Assembly (NCBI RefSeq): GCF_009914755.1
Contig: NC_060936.1
DNA: 64,000 nt
From: the human T2T-CHM13v2.0 reference genome, Homo sapiens
Reading direction: 5' to 3' (one strand)
Shown here one piece after another: positions 1 through 30,800 of the stretch. The notes beneath the pieces are model-generated. The model ran no database searches. It worked only from the letters and a program-made list of their open reading frames with translations, and was not told the origin of the DNA. The translations under genes and the position numbers were made by a program. The first letter of the stretch is position 1, and each line of letters opens with the position of its first letter.

Positions 1-857
1 TCTGACAAAAGCAACTGCAAAAACACTGAAGGGACATGTACTCAACCCAACCACCAAGGTGGCCCACAGAAAAAGCCTGTTGAATATGCACTTTCTTTCC
101 CTCTCTCTCTCTCTTTAATGGAGATGGGGTCACACTCCGTCACCGGCACTGGAGTACAGTGGGGTCTCACTGTGTTGCCCAGGCTGGTCTCAAACTCCTG
201 GCCTCAAGCCATCCTCCTGCCTCAGCCTCCCCAAGTGCTGAGATTATGGTGTGAGCCACTGTGATGGGCTTGAAGATGCACTTTTGATTCAAAATTAGAA
301 AACACACCTGAAACAGTCTGACCTAGAGAAACTTTTTCATCTAAGTCAGTCATAAAAATCAAATATTTGTGCTTAGACTCAGATCAATCTATATAAAGTG
401 TTGAGGAAAGTTTTTTAATAACAAAACACATTAAATCATATTGCTCTTACTAAATATATTACTGTTAATGTTTTATTATATTGTGGAAAATTTTGTTACC
501 TATTAATATTTTAATGAGAGCAACTAGATCTTTTATGTTGCAAATAAGTAAATGTGATATCTTTAAAAATTGTTTTTCCTATCCTTATCTCATTGTTTTT
601 ATTTTACTTTTATTATTTTGTTGTTGTTGCCCACACTGGTCTCAAACTCCTGAGCTCATCGATCCTCCCACCTCAGCTTCCCAAAGTGCTGGGATTACAG
701 GCATGAGCCACTGCATCTAGCCAATCTCATCCTTTTTATGTTTCTGTATGTGACTATGTAATTCGATCTCATCCTTTAGAACTTTAGAATGTCTACATAT
801 ACTTACATAGAACCTATTTGAGTATATAATATATGATTAATTTATTTAAAATATTGT

Positions 858-1534
858 GGGGAGTCGAGCCAGCGTCGCCGCAGTGATGTCGTTGGAGAGC
901 AAGCAATTCCTGACGGAGCTGACCAGACTCTACCAGAAGTGCCGGACGTTGGGCAGCGTCTATATCACCTTGAAGAAGTATGATGGTCGAACCAAACCCA
1001 TTCCAAAGAAAGGTTCTGTGGAGGGCTTTGAGCCCTCAGACAACAAGTGTCTGTTAAGAGCTATCGATGGGAAAAAGAAGATGAGCACTGTGGTGAACTC
1101 CAAGGAAGTGAGTAAGTTTCAGATGGCTTATTCAAACCTACTGAGAGCTAACATGGACGGGCTGAGAAGAGGGACAAAAAGAGCAAAAGGAAAAAGACCA
1201 AAGCAGCAGCACAGTAAAGGGCACAAATTCCCTGCTTTCACCAATTAACCACTGAATTGCTATTTTTTCCTTTGGTTTTTACTTTTGGCCACATAGCTAG
1301 GTTTCTGGTTCCCCCACAGTAGGTGTTTTCACATAAGATTAGGGTCCTCTTGGAAAGAATAGTTGCCATGTTTACAGGGTAGTTGTGGTAAGAATCTAGT
1401 TTATTTTACATGTGACTAATTGGTCTGTGCTGCATGGTTATATACTCCTGGATTATAGATTAGAAGTCTCCGAAGTCACCTCTGTGAAAAGCAAGCTATC
1501 ATTAAACATGTCTGTTTATCAATCAATCAATAAA
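858..1534 (+). pseudogene. SRP14P1: Processed pseudogene of SRP14 (signal recognition particle 14 kDa Alu-binding subunit)
   Basis: Intronless. ATG at 886 gives MSLESKQFLTELTRLYQKCRTLGSVYITLKKYDGRTKPIPKKG..., which is SRP14-like. 1-nt deletion near 1165; original stop TAA at 1215-1217; ATTAAA at 1501-1506; decayed poly(A) at 1521-1534; target-site duplication (TSD) TAAAATATTGT at 847-857 and 1535-1545. Confidence 0.92.
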
Positions 1535-1714
1535 TAAAATATTGTTTATTTGGGGATACATGCTGAAAATCATTTTATTGATGGGGTACAAAATAAAAAA
1601 AAAAAGCAGAGACTACTGAATTAGAAATATACATTTTTTCAGGCACAGATGGAACATTTACAACCACATACTAGGCCATAGAGCAAATCTCAAACAAATG
1701 CCAGAGGATTCATA

Positions 1715-2198
1715 TGTATTCATTTTCTACAGCTGCTACAACAAATTACCACAAACTTAGTGGTTGAAAACAACCCAAATGTATTATGTTACAGCTCTAC
1801 AGGTCAGAAGTCTAAAACAGGCCTCACCAGGCTACAATCAGTGATGGCAGGTACAGCTGCCCCTGGAGGCTGAAGGGTCAAATCCATCTCCTTGCCCCTT
1901 CCAGCTTCTAGAAGCCGCCCACATACTGAGGCTCATGGCCTTCTTCTTCCAACTTCAAAGTCAGCAACATCTTGATCCTTCTCATGCAGCTGCCTCTCTG
2001 GCGCTGTCTCCTCTGCCTCTTTGCCACTTACAAGGATGCTTGTGATTACACTGGGTCTACCTGGATAATGCAGAATAATCACCCATTGCAAGGCCAACCT
2101 TGATTCCATCTGCAGCCTTAACTCCCCTTTGCCATATTAACATGCAGTTCAGGGGCGCAGATGTCCTCGGGGGACCAACGTGCTGCCTGCCATGCTAC
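1715..2198 (-). mobile_element. MLT1-family (MaLR) solo LTR inserted in an old L1 ORF2 fragment (~1640-2490)
   Basis: Begins tgtattcattttctacagctgctacaacaaattaccacaaacttagtgg, the reverse-orientation MLT1 terminus as recalled. Both flanks resemble L1 ORF2. Confidence 0.65.
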
Positions 2199-2475
2199 AC
2201 AGACAGAGTGCTCGGGCCACAATAAATTTAAAATTAAAATAATAAACAACAAAAAGTTAAGCCCCACAGATCTGGAAACTTTGTAATGCATTTATAAATG
2301 AAATATAGGTAAAAATAAATAATAACGGGAAAAGCAAATCAACAATAATGAAAAAAACAATATAGCAAAGCTGATGAGATGTAGCTAAAGTAGATCTTCA
2401 AGGGAAGTTTATAGCCTTAAATGCATATATTAGAAAATAAGAAATTTCTAAATTAATTAAGCATCCAATACATTA

Positions 2476-5518
<3,043 letters not shown>

Positions 5519-7330
5519 CTAGGATGGGGAAGGCTCACCAGAAGTGGATGCAAAGAGTGCTGGAGATGAGCTCATTCTATTTGCCTAGGAAAGAAAAACG
5601 TCCAGAAACCTGGCCTTCCTCCTCTTGGCCGAGGCCCTCCAGGAAAGCCAGGCAGACCCTGCTCCTGCTCTGACCCCCTGGAGAAGTGATATGTAGAAAA
5701 GAGGAGATGGGCTTTGGCCCAGAGGACAGCAGCCTTAGGCTAGTGAGCAGTTCCCAGTCGGTTCAAGGTTGCTAGGCTCAGCGAACTGCAAGTCCCTGTT
5801 CGACAAGTTTCTTCCTAAAGGTCCCCAGTTCCTCATGATTCTTCTGAGGGTCTCATCCACCCTCCCAGGGCCTGCAGTCAGCTAGCCACCCCACTGCCCC
5901 ATGCCTGCAGTGAAGACATTTACCACAACCTGGAAATGGCTGGTGACAGAAAAGTCCTCAGGGCCACAGCACTCTCTGCGGTGGGAATTCAGGTGCCTTG
6001 CCTGATGGTGACAAGGCTGGTTTTGCATAAACAGCTCTCTGAATCACACCCAGATGTGGCTTCTGACTTGAGTGGACCCCCATGAAGAGCTGCAGAGGGG
6101 GCTGGGAAAAGACAAGAGAATGGAGAAAATGAGGAGAAAGGAAACTACAGAGTGAGATAGAGAACAGATCTGACAGGTGTGACCACAGCAGTGTGACATT
6201 TATGAACAGTGTGGAAACAACGGCAAAGCCCCTGAATTAAAAACTTCCTGGGGAAATAAGCCACTCCACATACCGGTTGCTGAGGAAAGAGTGGAGGAGG
6301 CTGTTGACCCGTGTGTGTCCCCATGACTCAAAGAGGGAAAAGTCTAGCTGTTTCCAATATCCCGAAATCAGTCTTGCTGGGAGAACTGGGAAAATAAAAA
6401 AGAGATGACCCCCGTAGGAAGCTACCTTTAATCCCAAGTGCCCAAGGCTAGGAGAGAAGATGCTCCAGGCGATCCAGGACACCAGTGACTGACACAGCCA
6501 GAGGTGGGAAAGGGGAGGATAAAGATGGCACAAAAGTGAGGAGTGAGCAAGGGTCTGAGAGGGAAGGCCATGTGGGCAGTAGGTGGCACCCACATCAGAG
6601 ACTGACATGAGGATTAAAGGAGAGCATAGGTGATCGGTCAGAGTGTGACAGAAGAGAGGCAGCTCTACACCCCTTGCTTGCAATTCTGAGCATTCTGTAG
6701 CAAACTCGTTTGGCCATCAAACCAGACCTCAATTGAGACAAGGCTATTTAAGCTTCCTCCCAGTTGGTGTAAATATTCAATAGTTTTGCTGCAGAAATGT
6801 TGCGTTTGATTATGAGACTACGCCAACTCCCCAAGGGTGTTTTGTGGTGCTGGTTTCTGTATAAACCTGAAAAATTCTGAATTCCAAAACTTATCTGACC
6901 CCCAAAGTTTCAGATAAGAGCTTGTGGACCTGTGCTCAATTCTGGTTCTCCTTCCTTCTTTCAACTGTTGTCTGTGAAAGGAGGGATGCAGGTATGGGAG
7001 ACAGGAGTCGTGCGAATTCGTCTATAAACTGTGGACGGGGGGGTGGGTGGGGGGGGGGTAACGTGGGCACCTTTGTGCACAAGTGCATGAATAGGAGGGG
7101 TGAGCAACTGTGTGTCCATCACCTTTTTGTCAAAGAAGCAGGAGTCAGTGGGCTACGTGCTTCATGAGCAGGAGAGGCGGAAACTAAGGAAGGCTCATGT
7201 GTTGGAGGAAGCATGTTTGAAGAGCAGCAGGTCTCACAGAGTTTGCTCTTTAATACTCTCCCCAGCACACGGAAGGGGAAGGGGGTGGAGGTTGCTGCTA
7301 TGAGAGAGAAAAAAAAAACAGCCACAATAG

Positions 7331-13779
<6,449 letters not shown>

Positions 13780-14078
13780 GCCAGCACCTGCGGTAGCTGC
13801 ACTACAGCCCTGGCCTCCACCCCCACCCCGCCGACCATCCAAGGGAGAGTGAGACCTGGCAGCCACAACTGCAGTCCCATCCTCTTGTCAGGGCCCTTTC
13901 CTGTGTACACGTGACAGAGTGCCTTTTCGAGACTGGCAGGGACGAGGACAAATATGGATGAGGTGGAGAGTGGGAAGCAGGAGCCCAGCCAGCTGCGCCT
14001 GCGCTGCAGGAGGGCGGGGGCTCTGGTTGTAAAACACACTTCCTGCTGCGAAAGACCCACATGCTACAAGACGGGCAA

Positions 14079-14084
14079 AATAAA
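14079..14084 (+). terminator. CD27 polyadenylation signal AATAAA
   Basis: Canonical hexamer ~300 nt after the CD27 stop codon. Confidence 0.85.
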
Positions 14085-14363
14085 GTGACAGATGACCACC
14101 CTGCAGCTCTCCAGCTTCCTCTCTGAAATCCCAGTCCCAAAATCCAGTTTCCTGGCCGCCTCCTGGCTCAGGTCAGGATCTGGCAGAGGAGGTTTCTCAG
14201 CCGGTTATGTTGGGGCCTGCTTAAGGGCGGGGGTGAGAAAGGTCCCCAGGCTACTGTGGATCCTGTGTCTGACTTCAGATCCCCTTTTCCCACAGTTATA
14301 GCTCCACTTTTTTGGGACAGGTGGGGAGCAAAAGGGTGCAGAGGTCAGGTCTTGAAATCACCA

Positions 14364-14488
14364 GGGGATTTCCGGGTGAGGTGGGTGGTGAGAAAGGAAA
14401 CAGCAAGCAGGGCTCTGGCAGCTGCTGCAGACGGCTTCACACAGGGACGCGGGCTGCCATCTTGCTCTAAGTGAAAGTGAAAGAAAAG
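14364..14488 (+). promoter_or_regulatory. TAPBPL proximal promoter: NF-kB site, YY1 core and ISRE/IRF element
   Basis: GGGGATTTCC at 14364-14373; GCCATCTT at 14456-14463; AAGTGAAAGTGAAAG at 14469-14483. Consistent with known IFN inducibility of TAPBPR. Confidence 0.7.
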
Positions 14489-14635
14489 TCGGCAGCAGAG
14501 GGAACAGGGAAGAAACCTAAAGGCTGCAGGCTGCCAGGTGTGCTTGGAGAGCCCCCTTCTTCCGCCGGGCCTCGCAAGCAGCGTAGGACTGTGGAGAAGG
14601 GCGGTGGGCAAGGAGGGAACTCGAGAGCAGCCTCC

Positions 14636-24533
<9,898 letters not shown>

Positions 24534-24620
24534 CCTAAAGCGACATGAGACTACTAGAAAGAAACGACACCCTTCCCCAAGCCCCCACAGCTACTCCAAC
24601 CCAAACAACAACCAAGCCAG

Positions 24621-24626
24621 TTTAAT
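24621..24626 (-). terminator. Probable VAMP1 polyadenylation signal ATTAAA
   Basis: TTTAAT on the + strand, downstream of the most distal VAMP1 exon and ~90 nt past the TAPBPL stop. Confidence 0.6.
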
Positions 24627-25215
24627 GGTAGGAATTTGTATTTTTTGCCTTTGTTCAGAATACATGACATTGGTAAATATGCCACATGCCTTTGGTGGAA
24701 GTACAACTGTTGTTATTACTCTATACAAGTATGAGATCAGGGTTAGGAAAAAAAGACAAAGAGGTGATGACAGACACACAGTGGAAACCCCACATCGTCT
24801 CATGGCAAACCGAAGAACGGGATGTGGGAAGCTCAGCTTCATTTGACTGCAAAGTCCCAGGGTTTTGTTGCACATTTGCTCATGCACATGGGTGGTGGGA
24901 GGAAAGGGGGATAGCAAAGACACACAGAAGAGGGTACAGGGTGGGTGAGAAAGAAAGTAGAAGGGCTAATACCCCCAAAGAACAAGGCCAACTACACCTG
25001 GTGAGCCTCAGAGGGACAGAAACCCAGGAATGATTCCTGTGATAGGGCTGGGAGAGCCAAGAGGACGGATTCGCTCCAGGCTTGGGACACATCGAGGACA
25101 GTGGTGGTTCTTCTCCAGCGGTGACCCCCTGCATTAGGCAAGGAGGAGCCCAGAGGAGAGTGGAGACCTTCGAGGGGGGCCGTTGGGAGGGTACTGACTG
25201 CTTTCTTCCAGCTCT

Positions 25216-25226
25216 TCAGTCCCGCC
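25216..25226 (-). CDS. VAMP1: VAMP1B alternative terminal coding exon (C-terminus ...VRRD)
   Basis: Acceptor AG at 25228-25227 after a pyrimidine tract, then (A)GG CGG GAC TGA. Matches the known RRD-ending isoform. Confidence 0.85.
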
Positions 25227-26853
25227 CTTGGGCAGGACGAAGGGAATGTGGGAAACAAGGGCGAAGGGAAAGGAAGGATGGTTTTGAGCAATGAAATGCT
25301 GCTGCATGGAAAGTGGGCATCCAGACCCTGCCCAGCATGGCCTCAGCCTCTTCCTGTTCGTGGACCGAGGGAAGAAGGAATAAAGGGCCATGGGCATTCT
25401 CCGCTCTGCTCCCAGCCTGCCCTCCTCCCCTTGCACCTGGGCTTATCCCACATTAATAGCCCATCCTGAAGCTCAGCAATTGCCCCGAAGATAGGCTGAG
25501 CAGATCCCATCCTCAGGTTCCACTGTCTATACACACAAACCATGCAAAGAGGAGGAAGAGAAAGGAGGCAAAGTAGAATTCAGACAGGAAAGGGTGGTTC
25601 AAAGGGGAATATACTACAGGAAGAACAGAGAGGCGGCTCTCAAGGAGAGGGCCCCATGACAGCACAGCAATACACAAGCACACCTGACACAGGCTGGCAC
25701 GCCTCCCCCCAAGGTGGGGCTGGTGGGTCTACATGACTTCTCTGCATCCTGAGGATCGGCCGGGCCTCAGGAAGAACCTCTTGCCTCATCCCTGTCTTTG
25801 GCAACTGCACGGGTGGTGTGGAGGAAAGGATTCCATGGGTGTCCAAAGATCTCACACTGCTAACACCCTCACGCTCCTTCATCAACAGGAAGAGAGGAAC
25901 AGGACCCTCTTTAACGAGGGCAAGGAGTGGCTTCCTCTGAGCTTGTTACTTTCAAATTAAGCACTTGACTCACTGTTTCTCTATAACTAACAGGCAATCT
26001 CTCTCTTTATGCCAACAATTAACTGGGAGCTAGGTTAAATTATTTGGCTAGATAAAACTACCAGCTAGATGGATTTATTTGGTGCCCTCATACAGAATGC
26101 TGTAGAAAATGTAAAGAAGAGAAAGCTCCTTCCAGCTAGAAGCACATGGGACTGCTTCTAGGATGGAAACAAGTCCTGCTATTTTCACAATCCCTAAGTG
26201 TTCTCCAGGCCTCTGGAGAACAAAGTAAAGTTGTAAGATCCCCAAAGACACGGAAAATCCTGGACGAACAGATTAGAAGTAACTACAAAAAACAAGTTTT
26301 TACTTTCGAAAAGGGTACTGCACTGAAACCAAGTTGGACTTTGGTCCACCCCCAGGACCCTCTCCAGGCCTGGTCCAGGAAGGAAAGCTCCACATGACCA
26401 GGCAGTACTGAGTGAGCTGCCATCTTCCCAGCCCCTCCCTAGCTCCTACCAGTGGCCAGGTTTTCTAGAAGTCACCATGGGCACCGATACTCTTCTCCTC
26501 CCAAGTCTGGGCAGCTTCATGGGTACTTCGCCTCAGCCACTCCCCTCCCTGCCCCTTCCCTTGGCCTCCAACTCTTTGGGGCTTTGGGGGAACTTGAGAG
26601 TACAGAAAAAGCAGGCAGGGAGGAGGCGCCAGCTGTTGCTCTTCGGGTAATGACTTAGATTGTGCCACGAGCAGCATTTCTAGTGTTGAGGGACAGAGTG
26701 CAAATGAACGCAACGAAAAAGGAGGAATGGGTGATGGAGAAGCCTGGGCTGGAATGGAGGACGGTGGGTGGGGAAGTGTGTTGAGAGAGCAAACAGAGGG
26801 CAGAGGACATGAATGTGGATGGCAATGGACAACAGGGAAGGGGTGGTACATTC

Positions 26854-27796
26854 TCAAGTAAAAAAGTAGACTGGACACAGGAATCAGGAAGTCCCAGACG
26901 GAAAAGAGAAAGAGACAGGAGAAAACAAGAGGGCGAATTACACCAAGTTACCAGACATTCAGGTCTTTCCATTGTTAAGTGCCCCATCCCCATGGTCTCC
27001 CTCCAACCCAAGCCAGTGACACACAGCATAGCCCCACTTCCTCAGAACAGGAGGCGCCATCTCCCTGCAATGCTTTGCAGGGGGAAGGCTTGTCCATCAA
27101 AGAAATCCCTTGTCTCTGCCCTTCCCCCGTCCCGAACCAGGTGACGATCCCATAGCAGCGGTCTCCATACCTCAGTCAGAGCAGCCCCACTCCCCAGGCA
27201 GGCAGGCAGGCAGGGAGAAGACTCCAGGACCTTCCCACCTCTTCACCCCACCAGCAACTTCAGCGATACTTACTTACAATAACTACCACGATGATGGCAC
27301 AGATGGCTCCCAGCATGATCATCATCTGAGGAAACATGGACAAAAAATGAGCCCTTGGATTTCAGGAATGAGGAAAAGAGCCACATCTCTAGTGGGAAAC
27401 AGAATTCCTTCCATCCTTGGGACAATGGAAAAAACCACCCATCACCCAGGAGACCTGCAGGCCTCTTAGAGAGGCCCTACCCTTCTGCTTCCCAGGGGAT
27501 CATAACCACAGTATGTCTTTAGCTTTTCAGATTCATCACAGGACCTGCATTGAGCTCCTTTTTGCTTAGTTCCTGGTGTCTTGGGGCTTTAGAAGGCATT
27601 CCAATAGAGATACAGACTCTGGATATTTAACCAATTAGTTCAATTTTCACTGTGAAGTGTTCAGCTCATTCTCAAAAGTTGCAGTTATTTAAAAATATAT
27701 ATTTCAATCTGAGAAAGCTGATTTAAAAGAAAAAGAAAAAAGTATATATATATATATATAAATGTATATATATGTATATATACATATGTGTATATA

Positions 27797-27834
<38 letters not shown>

Positions 27835-30800
27835 ATATATGCCTGAGCCATTGTGCTGATGTTGGGTGTGTCTGAGGATGAGACAGGTGAAATTTTTTGC
27901 AGGCAACTCCTTTGGGGTAAAGCTCCTTAACTAACCATTCCAAACTCCTCAGGGTATCACTTTTTCCCTGATAGCGGTTCTAAATACTCTAGCCTACCCT
28001 GGTGGCCAATTCTGGGTAATGCAATCTCAAGAGGAGGCTTTCCAGATTTCCTCCCAAGCGTTATGCTGGTCAGAGAGATCCTGCACCATTAGAGGGAAGA
28101 AATGTAGAAGCTGAGGGTTTTCTTGCCTTCTACCAGTGGAAGCCCAGGAAAAGATGGAGGAGGGGACAAGAAAATTCACCTTGCAGTTTTTCCACCAATA
28201 CTTCCTCTTTAGCTTTGCAGCACTGCTCTCAAATTGTGATGCTCCTGCCTGCAAGGCATCAGCTCGGTCATCCAGCTCTGACAGCTTCTGGTCCCTCTCC
28301 AGGACCTTGTCCACGTTCACACGTATGATGTCCACCACCTGAGGAGGGCACAGAAACAAAGCTGCTAAGCTTCCTGCCAGAGACAGAGGAAAGGACAACA
28401 ACCAGAGAATCACAAGTCTGGCCCTGTGCAACTCTAAAGGGTGCTTTGCCTCTCAGGGCCTTTGACTATTCTCCTACGAAAAAAGGAGAAAAGATAAGAA
28501 GTTCCCTTTTGTTTCCAAACTCCTAGATTTGGAAACTTTCAGAGAAACAGCTATCTACCTACCTCCTCCACTTGTGCCTGGGTTTGCTGTAGTCGTCTGT
28601 TACTGGTCATGTTAGGAGGAGGGCCAGGGGGACCCCCACCTGGGGCAGTCCCTTCTGTCCCTTCAGCAGGTGGCTGAGCTGGAGCAGACCTGTGGAAAGA
28701 CATGTGCAGAGTACACAAAGTGACCAAGACAAGAAAGGAGCTGGGCGTGGTAGCACACACCTGTAGTCCCAGCTACTCAAGAGGCTGAAGTGGGAGGAGC
28801 GCTTGAGCCCAGGAGTTCGAGGCCAGCCTGGGCATCATAGCGAGACCCCATCTCTAAAAAAACAGACAAAAAGAAAGGACTCACATGCATCCTCACCCCA
28901 AACCACTTAAACAATTATGATTAGGCTATACAAAACTAGAATGGATTCTTGCTCCTTGGCAATCTGAAGTAGGGAGACAAACCATAGAGGCAAGAAGTAA
29001 AAGATGAAAGACTCTGCAACAACATTTGGATGGGGTTCAGGGACATCCAGGATGGCATCAAGACATCTCATCTGGGGCTATCCTTTGACTCAACTCAAAC
29101 AAGTCCTCTGCCATGATGGCTACAGGGACATATGGCCTAGCCTTGTCCTAAATGGCATTTCCCCGCTGATATGGTTTGGCTGTGTCCCCACCCAAATCTC
29201 AACTTCAATTGTATCACCCAGAATTCCCACATGTTGTGGGAGGGACTCAGGGGAGGTAACTGAATCATGGGGCCCATCTTTCCGGTGCTATTCTGGTGAT
29301 AGTGACGAAGTCTCATGAGATCTGATGGGTTTATCAGTGGTTTCTGCTTTTGCTTCTTCCACATTTTCTCTTGCTGCTGCCATGTAAGAAGTGCCTTTCA
29401 CCTGCCGCCATGATTCTGAGGCCTTCCCAGCCATGTGGAACTGTAAGTCCAATTAAACCTCTTTTTCTTCCCAGTCTTGGGTATGTCTTTATCAGCAGCA
29501 TGAAAACAGACTAATACAGTAAATTGGTACCAGTAGAGTGGGGTGTTGCTGAAAAGATACCCAAAAATGTGGAAGCGACTTTGGAACTGGGTTAACAGGG
29601 AGAGGATGGAACAGTTTGGAGGGCTCAGAAGAAGACAGGAAAATGCGGGAAAGTTTGGAACCTCCTAGAGACTTGTTGAATGGCTTTGACAAAAATGCTG
29701 TTAGTGATATGAACAATAAGGTCCAGGCTGAGGTGGTCTCAGATGGAGATGAGGAACTTGTTGGGAACTGAAGCAAAGGTGACTCTTGTTATGTTTTGGC
29801 AAAAAGACTGGCAGCATTTTGCCCCTGCCCTAGAAATTTGTGGAACTTTGAACTTGAGAGAGATAATTTAGGGTATCTGGCAGAAGAAAAGACGCAGTAC
29901 TAAAGAAAAAAACCATTTTTTTGAGAAGAAATTCAAGGCAGCTGCAGAAATTTGCATAAGTAGCAAGGAACCTAGTGTTAGCCCCTAAGACCATGGGGAA
30001 AATGTCTCCAGGCCATGTCAGAAGCCTTCACAGCAGCCCCTCCCATCACAGGCCTGGAGGCCCAGGAGGAAAAAGTTATTTTGTGGGCCAGGCCCAGGGT
30101 CCCCATGCTGTGTGCAGCCTAGGGACTTAGTGCCCTGTGTCCCAGCCGCTCCCACTGTGGCTGAGAGGGGCCAATGCAGGGCTCGGGCCGTGGCTTCAGA
30201 GGGTGGAAGCCCCAAGCCTTGGCAGCTTCCACATGGTGTTGAGCCTGCAGATGCACAGAAGGCAAGAACTGAGGTTCGGGAACCTCCGTCTAGACTTCAG
30301 AAGATGTATGGAAACGCCTGGATGTCCAGGCAAAAGTTTGCTGCAAGGGCAGGGCCCTCATGGAGAACCTCTGCTAGTGTAGTACAGAAGGGACATGTGG
30401 GGTTGGAGCCCCCACACAGAGTCCCCACTGGAACACTGCCTAGTGGAGCTATGAGAAAAAGGTCACCATTCTCCAGACCCCAGAATGGTAGATCCACTGG
30501 CAGCTTGCACCGTGCGCCTGGAAAAGCCACAGACACTCAATGCCAGTCCGTGAAGGGAGCCAGGAGGGAGGCTGTACACTGTAATGTCTGTCAGCTCACC
30601 CCTTTTTATATTCAAGTTATTGGTTATGGTTATTGGTTTATATGCCCAGTTATTGGTTATGCTTCACACAAGATGAGGAAATCAGGGCTGCCATAAGGGC
30701 AGCTTGGAAAATCACCAAAGGCAAAGTCTATGTAGGTGGAGTGAGTCAGGACTGTTTGTTTGCTTTGTTTTTGGCAGAGAAAATGGGGGTTTCACTTAGA

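Noticed and set aside
30112-30696. 194-aa ORF
   Set aside because: It lies in decayed THE1 internal sequence with no true ATG start or splice support.
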